A stretch of DNA of 64,000 nucleotides from Selaginella moellendorffii (lineage: Eukaryota; Plantae; Lycopodiophyta). The notes beneath the pieces were generated by a model. The model searched no databases. It had not been told where the DNA came from and saw nothing but the letters and a program-made list of their open reading frames with translations. Below, one piece after another: positions 23,619 to 33,920 of this stretch. The translations under genes were made by a program, and so were the position numbers. The stretch lies in NCBI RefSeq assembly GCF_000143415.4, contig NW_003314389.1, positions 75,135-139,134 on the forward strand, read 5' to 3'. The stretch's first letter is position 1; each line of letters starts with the position of its first letter.

Positions 23619-26600
23619 TGTATAGTAGGGATAGTGGGTAGGTCGAGTATAGCTGACCAACCTGAGGCATAGTCTAGCTCTTGCTTATGTGCCTGTCCTT
23701 GTTTTGCATCCGGCTTGGGTCTAAGCTCAAGTTCCATTCCATGCGAGCTAGTGGAGTACCCATGTCCTCACATTAGGCCACTAATATGCTAAAATAGCAC
23801 TAGACTTCGTTTGGCTCTATTTTGCGTGCTTTTACTCTAGGACTGTTCCAAGTCACTCCGTGCCCCTATCCCTTCACTCCTTGGGCTATATGTTTGGGAG
23901 TTGCTCCATGGCTCGGTTCTATCACTCCCTGGCTCCATGCTTGGGAGTTTGGCACTGTTCCTTCGTTTAGTGGCCCAAGGCCCTAAAACTTAGGTTCCAC
24001 ACCATTGTTCTTTAGACATGTGGTATGTGACATCTAGCATCTGTCATGTGGCACAAAGAGGGTTTAGGTTCCACTTCGTGGTGTTATCCTATATTAAATC
24101 ACCATAGGATAAAAGGTCAAAACCACGTGTGCTACATTTGGTATTAGAGGATGAGTCTCGGCAAGTACTATCCAATGAGATTGGGCAACTAGTCTTGTTG
24201 CATATGCAAATATGAAAATGATGATCCAAGTGGGTACACGTTTGGGTGCAAAGGCTTCACTTTGGTTCCTTGGTATGGATTTTGGTTACCTTTTTATACC
24301 TTATTATGTGAGCTTGCTCTTGGGCTCATAGGATGGAATAAGCTGTTCCGTTTGCACGAGTTTGTGCTTGGGCTCGTGAGTGAGGCACATTAGCAACTCA
24401 AGATTACACTTTGAGTTGGCAGGATTAATGTTAGCCTATCCGTGATTCCATGAGTTGTTTCTTGTACCATGGGAGAATGTAAACTTTCCCTGGGTTTGCT
24501 ATGAGTGGTAAATAGGCTGGTCCGTAGCTATTTAGCACAGCACTAGTGGATCCTTCCTAGGCATGATTACAAGTGGATCAATCAAGACTATAGGGATGAG
24601 TCTATTGATTCAAGTAATCCTTGCCGTGCTCTCTCATAAACTTTTCTTGGATTGGACTAAAGGCAGTGCAAAAGCAAGCTTGAGGTTTAGTCAAATATGA
24701 GACCGAAAAGAAAGTCCTCAGGGATGAAGGATCAAACATATAAATCATCTTCTTTTCTTGGAGAGATGATTTGCAATGAGGTGTTAACTCATTAATCATG
24801 TTCACATCGTGCAATCAAGAGTCTCTATCTTGATGTATGTTGAGTATGATGGTCTTACAAATGGTGAGTTGTGGGATGGATAGCGGTGAAGTGCTAAACC
24901 ATTTTTGTCTGGGCTTGCTATTGGAAGACTTAGGTTACAATACTCAATTCTTTTTCGGGGAACCTTGTTATTACTCCTTGAGTAACTTGGTGTTAGTTTA
25001 GTTTTGAGTTTGGTCAGAAAGAGAGTGACATGAGCTTGTCCGTGTTGTGAACAAAAGTTAATGGTCTTCGGTGTTGTAAATCTATATCGGTGGGGTGTGG
25101 CATTTATGTTGCATTTTGTCGAATCGAGTTGGCACATGATAGTCACATGAACATTTGTAGTAGTGACATGTGCATTGCTCATAGTGTTGCTCAATTGATG
25201 ATCAAGTCATTGTGATACTTATATCATATCCATGTGATAGTGAGCAATGTGTTTACAAAGTTAATTGGTTAAACGATAATCAACCCCAAAGTGGTTGATA
25301 GTGAAGCTAGTCTACTTGCAAGTAGTAACATTGAAGTAGCTTCAACTAAGTTCTCCATAGTGTTCCATTATGCTAAGTTTAAGTTGGTAGCTTGTTTCCG
25401 TGAGAGTTTGCCTATAAAGTGTTGGAAAAAGGTTGTAGCATTCATTTGCTATAGCTTGTCAATTGATCTGTTAGCACTTGGAGTAGATTGTTGGATGGAG
25501 AAGGTGTGTAGTTGGGATATTGATATCACTAGCGCTTGTGTTAGTGGAAGTACCATTGTTATTTCGAGTGATGAGGAATTTTTCTTAGACCTTGATTTTT
25601 CATGTCATTTTTCTTGTTAGTGTTTTGACTTTACATTGAATCTTGAAAGCGATTGAAGAAGAATGTTAGTGCAGATGTCCGAAGATGTGGTTTGCGTGAT
25701 CAAACCTTGGATGTTCATTTTGCATTTTACGGATGTCGATGGTGGAAATTGGAAATATGGGCAAAGATGTTTGATGCTTAAGCATATTGTTGGATCATGA
25801 GAATTTGTGTTGAGGTGAACCTATGTGAAGTTGTTTATAGGAGGAAGTTGGTTGAGTTTTGAAAGTTTGCAATCCTAGACCGAGAGACATTCTTTCTCTA
25901 GGATGGAAAATTTTTCCACAAATTTTCTTAGACTTTTCCAATGGTTGATCTATTGATTACTTTGCTCGAAAACCATTCCGTTTTCGTAAGCTAGTACAAA
26001 CTAGTGAAGGGCTTGGAGTTGACTTTGGTTAGCTTAGACCCTAGTAGGTAGTTTGTATGATGCGGCCCAAAGGGGATGCTGACTTTTAAGGCTAAGGCGA
26101 TTGAGTTGGATAGAGTCTAGAGTTGGTATAGAAAAATGGCCGTTGCGCTTTTCTAAGAAGGGTGACCCTTGTGCCTTTCTTTTATAGTGTTCTGCTTGGT
26201 TTCAGGTTGCACCTTGCATTTCATTAGACTCTATGAGAGTAGTAAGTTCTCACTGATCCTGATTTGGTCTTGGTGGTCTTTCACCTTGGATGAGGATAGT
26301 GATGTCCAACTTAGTTATTTGAAGTTGAGATGTTAGTACTCGTACTACAACTTTGTCTATGAGGAGGTTGTGTACCAATATGAGTCCATCTTACGGTCTT
26401 CACTTTTGTTTCAACTGAGTGTTGATCATGCATAGCTAGCCTTTTCAAGGCATGCTCAGAACTATTGGCTAAATGCATTAGTGAGCTTATTTCAGTTGAG
26501 TTAGATTCTAGTGTCATTTAGTTATATTTATCCATGAACCTTTATCTCATACTTGAGGTATTACGTTCATGTTGGATGAGTATATGACTAGATGACATGA

Positions 26601-27128
26601 GCTTAGGTCTTGTGAAGGCAAGTTGAAGAGTGGTTGTTGGTTGCTTTGCACTAAGTGATTACTTATAGACTTTGTCAAAAGACTATTGATACTTGCTTTG
26701 CTCATTGATGATTTAGCAATGATGGGCTTGCTTTACTGGATGGTGTTGCAGAGGATTGTGTCGTTAGACTTATATAGGTTTTCCATATTAGCATATCGAT
26801 TCTACCTCTGTCGATATCATTTAGTGATATTTAGTCTATGGTGTTAGATTTCATTGAATCTTGGATGTGGTGATTCATTCCTTGATGATGTGTTATCTGT
26901 AACTGAGTTTTGCTAAAGGATTAGTCTCGGATACTAACTAAAGTATTTTTTACTTTGGTTAGCTTAGTTGCCAGAGAGTTTTTGGTGGTGAATCACTCTT
27001 GCTTCCTTCTAGCTTTACTATGGTGTTGATGGTATTGAAGTGATGCCTTGTCATTGACCATATTGATGTTGAGATTCAAGTGAAATGAGATGTCTCTCTC
27101 CAAATATTGATATTGAGTTTTATTAGTC
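23619..27128 (+). mobile_element. Old LTR element remnant: LTR (about 23619-24136), PBS and decayed internal region
   Basis: Ends gtgtgctaca at 24136, followed by tggtattagag (24139-24149); about 23680-23830 resembles the chromovirus LTR segment about 2830-2975; the downstream G/T-rich sequence has no recognisable ORF. Boundaries are approximate. Confidence 0.6.
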
Positions 27129-27502
27129 TGTGAGACACAAAATTCCTAGGCCCCAAAATGGAGCCGGAAGGGCACCACGTGGTAGTGGCCGAAGTGAAAG
27201 CCAAATGAGCATAACACGTTTGGACTAAAAGCTCCGACTTGAAAGGTCGAGAGTGGGAGTGGAACTCCCAACAAAGTGCTCGAGGAATGAGCATGAAGAG
27301 AGCAATAAGCAAGACTCTAAAAAGGGACCCAAAAGGACAAACACATGACACATGGAAATGTCCGAGATGGACCCGAGATGGAGTCCGAGATGGAGTCCAA
27401 GATGGACCCAAGATGGAGTCTGAGATAGATCGAGACGGAGTCTGAGATGGAGTCCGAGATGGACCCGAGATGGAGTCCGAAATAGACCGAGACGAAGCCC
27501 GA
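27129..27502 (+). mobile_element. LARD LTR 5' fragment interrupted within its minisatellite by copy B
   Basis: tgtgagacacaaaattcctagg start; the array is cut by a new LTR start at 27503. Confidence 0.85.
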
Positions 27503-28323
27503 TGTGAGACACAAAATCCCTAGGCCCCAAAGTGGAGCCAAAAAGGGTGCCATGTGGTAGTGGCTGAAGCGAGAGCCAAACGAGCGTAACACGTTTGGAC
27601 CAAAAGCTCCGACTTGAAAAGTCAAGAGCGGGAGTGGAACTCCCAACGAAGTGCTCGAGGAACGAGCACGAAGCGAGCAAAAAGCGAGGCTCCAAAAAGG
27701 GACCCAAAAGGACCAACACATGACACGTGGAAGAGTCTGAGATGGAGTCCGAGGTGGACCCGAGATGGACCCGAAATGGAGTCCGAGATGGAGTCCGAGA
27801 TGGAGTCCGAGGTGGACCCGAGATGGACCCGAAATGGAGTCCGAGATGGAGTCTGAGATGGACCCGAGATGGAGTCCGAGATGTAGTCTGAGATGGAGTC
27901 CGAGATGGAGTCCGAGATGGAGTCCGAGGTGGACCCGAGATGGACCCGAGATGGAGTCCGAGATGGAGTCCGAGGTGGACCCGAGATGGACCCGAGATGG
28001 AGTCCGAGATGGAGTCCGAGGTGGACCCGAGATGGACCCGAGATGGAGTCCGAGATGGACCCGAAATGGAGTCCGAGATGGAGTCCGAGATGGAGTCTGA
28101 GGTGGACCCGAGATGGACCCGAAATGGAGTCCGAGATGGAGTCCGAGATGGATTCTGAGGTGGACCCGAGATGGACCCGAAATGGAGTCCGAGATGGAGT
28201 CCGAGATGGACCCGAGATGGAGTCCGAGATGGACCCAAAATGGAGTCTGAGATGGACCCGAGATGGAGTCTGAGATGGACCCGAGATGGAGTCCGAGATG
28301 GAGTTCGAGATGGAGTCCGAAGT

Positions 28324-28358
<35 letters not shown>

Positions 28359-29187
28359 TCGGGACCGAGAACGAGACCGAGGCCGAGGCCGAGACCGAGC
28401 CCAAGCCCGAGTCCGAGTCCGAGTCCGAGTCCGAGTCCGAGTCTGAGAGGGTGAAAGCCCAAAGCGTTCGTCTCCCAGACCCTGGGGGGTTTGGTGAGCT
28501 CCAAAAGTATAGTAGGGGGAGGACTGCAGTGGAGCCAGTTTGGCCAGGAAAGGCCAGTTTGGCCCAGGAAGGCCAGACCCAGTGTTGGGTGATGAGCTGC
28601 CCATTGGGAAGTCCAAGACTAGAGTGAACACAGACCGACAAGCGGGGTAGCTTGGTGAAGTGTTCAAGAGCCGGCTCTAGTTCCCCCGGGAGATCGACTA
28701 GCCGATACTCCCAGTCCAAGTGTGGGTGGCACTACCTACTTGGATACCTGGTGTGGCTCAACGGAACCCGCTCTAAGCCCATGGCTAGAGCACCCAAGGG
28801 CAGAAGGCGAGGAGAGTACCCAGGTGGCTCGCGTAAGGCCACGGTGTTCCGAAATGTTGTCCCAAAGGCCCAGACTGTGGAAAGGAAGAGGAGCAGTCCT
28901 CTGGGGTAGTGATCAAGGACACAGTTGTGTGGTGAAGAAGTCCCAGAGGACCGTGGGACTTAGTGGTCGGGCCTGTGGGTCTCGATCCAGTGACAGTGTT
29001 GGCAAACACGGCTAGGGGCAGAAAGAGACTTAGTGGGGACTGACAGAGGGATATTGGGGAAGGCTATTTCCCTTGTCGGTGGGCATCCTAAGGATGCTAA
29101 GGAGTGGATCTCAGATGACCACTCACGGATGGTTTGCCTAGTCTTGGAGAGCCAAGACGGTGATGCAAGTGGTATTGGACTACTAGT

Positions 29188-31063
29188 TGTGAGACACAAA
29201 ATCCCTAGGCCCCAAAGTGGAGCCGGAAGGGCGCCACATGGTAGTGGCCGAAGCGAGAGCCAAACGAGCGTAACACGTTTGGACCAAGAGCTCCGACTTG
29301 AAAAGTCAAGAGCGGGAGTGGAACTCCCAACGAAGTGCTCGAGGAACGAGCACGAAGCGAGCAAAAGGCGAGGCTCCAAAAAGGGACCCAAAAGGACCAA
29401 CACATGACACGTGGGAGTGCCCGAGATGGACCCGAAATGGAGTCCGAGATGGACTCGAGTTGGAGTCCGAAGTGGAGTCCGAGATGGACTCGAGTTGGAG
29501 TCCGAGGTGGACCCGAGATGGACCCGAAATGGAGTCCGAGATGGACCCGAGATGGACCCGAAATGGAGTCCGAGATGGACCCGAGATGGAGTCCGAGATG
29601 GAGTCCGAGGTGGACCCGAGATGGACCCGAAATGGAGTCCGAGATGGAGTCCGAGATGGATCCGAGATGGAGTCCGAGGTGGACCCGAGATGGACCCGAA
29701 ATGGAGTCCGAGATGGAGTCCGAGATGGACCCGAGATGGAGTCCGAGATGGAGTCCGAGATGGACCCGAGATGGAGTCCGAGATGGAGTCCGAGATGGAG
29801 TCCGAGATGGACCCGAGATGGAGTCCGAGATGGACCCAAGATGGACCCGAGATGGAGTCCGAGATGGAGTCCGAGATGGAGTCCGAGATGGAGTCCGAAG
29901 TCGAGACCGAGACCGGGACCGAGACCGGGACCGAGACCAAGACCGAGACCGAGATCGGGACCGAGACCGAGACCGAGGCCGAGGCCGAGACCGAGCCCGA
30001 GCCCGAGTCCGAGTCCGAATCCGAGTCCGAGTCCGAGTCCGAGTCCGAGTCCGAGTCCGGAGCCTGAGAGGGTGAAAGCCCAAAGCGTTCGTCTCCCAGA
30101 CCCTGGGGGGTTTGGTGAGCCCCAAAAGTATAGTAAGGGGGAGGACTGCAGTGGAGCCAGTTTGGCCAGGAAAGGCCAGTTTGGCCCAGGAAGGCCAGAC
30201 CCAGTGTTGGGTGATGAGCTGCCCACTGGGAAGTCCAAGACTAGAGTGAACACAGACCGACAAGCGGGGTAGCTTGGTGAAGTGTTCAAGAGCCGGCTCT
30301 AGTTCCCCCGGGAGATCGACTGGCCGATGCTCCCAGTCCAAGTGTGGGTGGCACTACCTACTTGGATACCAGGCGTGGCTCAACGGAACCCGCTCTAAGC
30401 CCATGGCTAGAGCACCTAAAGGCGATAGGTGGGGAGAGTACCCAGGTGGCTCGCGTAAGGCCATGGTGTTCCGAAATGTTGTCCCAAAGGCCCAGACTGT
30501 GGAAAGGAAGAGGAGCAGTCCTCTGGGGTAGTGACCAAGGACACAGTCATGTGGTGAGGAAGTCCCAGAGGACCGTGGGACTTAGTGGTCGGGCCTGTGG
30601 GCCTCGATCCAGTGGCAGTGTTGGCAAACACGGCCAGGGGCAGAAAGGGACTTGGTAGGAACTGACAAAGGGACTTTAGGGAAGGCAATTCCCCAGGTCT
30701 GTGGGCATCCTAAGGATGCTAAGGAGTGGATCTAGGATGACCACTCGTGGACACATGGCCCAGTCTTGGAGAGACGAGGTGGTGATGCAAGTGGTGTTGA
30801 ACCACTAGTGCAGCAAAGGTGAATGGGCATGGCCTTAGCGTAACGGGCCGAGATGTCAGTGGTACCTTTGGGTGTCGGTCTCAGGACTGGACACGTGGAG
30901 CACTTGGACCAGGTGCAAGTGTGGAGTGGCATGGATGCCATTCATGGGGCTAGCAAGTCCCAAGTCCTGAATTGGACTGATGGAGGTTGTGAATGAGACT
31001 CCTCCAAGTGGTCGGAGGTGTGGTTAAGTGACTAAAGTAGAATGGAAAATTTAGTCGCTTACA
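29188..31063 (+). mobile_element. Complete LARD solo LTR (1876 bp) inserted in an LTR of the same family
   Basis: TGTGAG...CTTACA with perfect TSD CTAGT at 29183-29187 and 31064-31068; the host LTR resumes in register. Confidence 0.95.
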
Positions 31064-33865
31064 CTAGTGTGGCAAAGGTGATTGGGCATGGCCTTAGCAT
31101 AACGGGCTGCTATGTCGGTGGTACCTTTGAGTGTCGGTCATGGGATTGGACACGTGGAGCACTTGGACCAAGTGCAAATGTTGAGTGGCATGGATGCCAT
31201 TCTCGGGGCTAGCAAGTCCCAAGTCCTGGATTGGACTTATGGAGGTTGTGAATGAGACTCCTCCAAGTGGTCAGAGGTGTGGTTAAGTGACTAAAGTAGA
31301 ATGGAAAATTTAGTCGCTTACAATTTGGTATCGGAGCTGTTCCTTAGTCCGACTTTTATTGGTGCTCAAGTATATCACCACTAGTGTTGGCATCGGAAGG
31401 TCCAAGGAGTGGGCCTATCCTTGAGGAGTAGCAAGTCGGGAAGACATGGCTTTCCATTACAGTTCATGTGTGAACTTGTAGACGAGGTGGTGGATAGAAA
31501 AGGGCCAATAATGGAACGACTTTGGGATCTTGGGAACAGTGCAAGGTTTTCCTCATTGAGTTGAGGATGTGATCCGGATGAGCATTTGTCTCAGCAAATT
31601 GGCTAAGGTTGTTGTGGTAAACAACTAAAGTTGGGATCACGGGAAAGATAGAGACTCCAAAACAATAAAGGAGTCACAAGATTATCCTCATATAGTTGAG
31701 GTTGGTGCTCATGAATGTGAGACCAGAGGTAATGACCGTGGGAGGTCAAATACGGAAGAGGACTCAAGTCCTTGAAATGGTAGTCGGGGCTACCTTTAAT
31801 AAATGCTAGAACAACCCAAGGAGTTGGGGGGTGTACTTAGAGATGAGTGGTATTCTCATCGCATGGACAAGTAGTCCTAAGGGGCAAAAGTTGCCCCCAG
31901 AGAACAAAATCAAGTGTCGGAGTAACACTTGTGAAAATAGTCCTTTTGAGTAGGACAGGAATGCAAGAAGTGTATTCCAGTGAGCTAGTGCCTCACAAGT
32001 AAGACCTTACGGGTCTGTGGATTAGCCAAGTCCAAAACTGTTGGATGACTCAAGTAGAGTCAAGGGATGGTCCTAAATGGACTGATGGAAGCATTTGGAC
32101 TGAGGTGTGTTGTACCCCACAAAGGATGGGGGGGGATCATAGGATCCAAGGATGAGAACAGAGGGTATCTCATCGATGGCAAAATGTGCCATGCTAAAGT
32201 TATGGGAAAGGTGTTCCCAAAAGAAAACAACTTTGACACAAAGTTGTGTGTGACCTCTATGGTGCAGTGCTAACGGATGGTTGGCATGAGAAAGGGCGGT
32301 GTTGGTCTTGGCAAAGACTTAGACACGAAGGGAAAGTGTCATAGAGGTAGGCTCGTGGAGCCGATGGTGTGGAGACACCAAATGTGCCAAGGTGTGATAC
32401 CTTGAGGCTATGTTGGTGGGTTCATGAGAACCCCTTGCCAAAGGAATCCCAATGGAAATGGGAATGGCATAGCCTAAGCTGCAGAGCATGCAGTTGGAGT
32501 GTGGTGACCCAGATAATGATGGAGGTGTGAAAGCACCAAGCAATGAGTTGTAGGACTTGACAACTATGAGGCAACTAAGCAAGAGGTGCAAAATAACTAG
32601 TTAAACGGGTAGAAGGTAGCTACCCAAGACTTCTTAATAGCATAGGGAAGTCGGATATACCCTTACGGGGGATAAGTTGCTTGTGTTGCGATATAGTAAG
32701 TCAATGTCATAAAAGGAAATACTCATTATCAAGAAAGCCATCATTGGGACACCCGAACACTCTAGAACACCAGAAGGTGGTGTTTGATATCGCAAGGGCA
32801 ATGGATAAAGCCCAAGGGACTAAATCCCTAGCGAATGATGGATAGAAGGTGCTATCCAAATGTCCAAGGTTGCGGGGACAGGAAAGGACTGTCTACCCGA
32901 GTTGAACAAAGCCAAAAATGGAATTTTGGCAAGGCTAGTGATGGGCATGTAAAGGCCCATAAGCAACAATGTAATCCCAGTGTGTGGGATTATAAGGTGA
33001 GCATACCCGGATTGAGGAACCACTCCCTGGGCTATTGGGTAGGTTCATCCCTAAGAATACTTGCTAAAGCATGATAGAAAGTGCAACGCTATCCTCCTGG
33101 TTTGGAGGAGAATGACCAAAGGAAAGGTGTGAAGCCAAAAAGCAAGAAGTAAGGGGATAGAACCGAACCATAGGAATCAAAGGGCATAACCAAGGTTGGT
33201 TATGCCAGCTGGGAGTGGAGAATCAAGTGGGGGCTCGAGGGTGTTGCCGCTAGCAACCATGATACCATGGAGAGTCTAAAATATGGAATTGTTCATGTTA
33301 AACTAGGTGGCATTTGGAAGGCTTGCAAAAAGGGAGGCCTTAGCAAGCTGAGGGATAGAGTTCCTTCAAGGTTCCCAAAGACGATTCTAGGTAGCTTAGT
33401 ACCTAGAAAGGCCAAGTGTAAATGGTTCATGGAATGCGCGAAATCAGAGTGGCGCAGCAGAAGCGTGGTCTTGAAGCTTGCCATGAGGCAAGGCTATCAA
33501 GGTTAGGGAAGTAGTTCCCGAGTGTTCAAAGAGAGGGCTTTGAACGAAAGTCGATAGTCAAGGACTTTCACGCTTATGCAGGAACCATGTTACAGTGGTC
33601 GGAGGACTTGCCAAGCGAGATTGGCACGTCGGGGGAACAAATACCCTAGTTGAAGGTGATAACTTCAAAAAGGGTGGGCCATGGGGCCAAGCGTGGAGGA
33701 GTCCATGCATGATCACAGACATGTCAAGTGAGAGGACTTGGCAATGTGGAGGAACTAGGTTCCTAAGCTGTGATCTGTAGCGCGCTTTAAAAATATGTTG
33801 GTGCACTGGCGTGGGGAGTCACGCTAGGCATCTTGTGTGATGCCATCTGTAGATGCATATACGGA

Positions 33866-33920
33866 GGTTGGGTTCGAGTCCCGACCCTCTAGTGCTTGGG
33901 TTCGAGTCCCAAATCACTAG
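33866..33920 (+). promoter_or_regulatory. Two tandem tRNA T-arm-like hairpins with B-box consensus
   Basis: ggttggg-TTCGAGT-cccgacc (33866-33886) and ttggg-TTCGAGT-cccaa (33896-33912, extended by ctagtg/cactag). Both contain GGTTCGAGTCC. Function is not shown. Confidence 0.55.

Noticed and set aside
27225-30341. Long ORFs (up to 480 aa) on both strands with SISD/RTPS/MESE/WSPR repeats, also at 10939-11902 and 21570-22792
   Set aside because: They arise from stop-poor LTR minisatellites that are open in nearly all frames; mixed 11/12-bp units do not preserve frame between copies.
33780-33920. tRNA gene
   Set aside because: Only T-arm-like hairpins; no acceptor, D or anticodon arms could be assembled.
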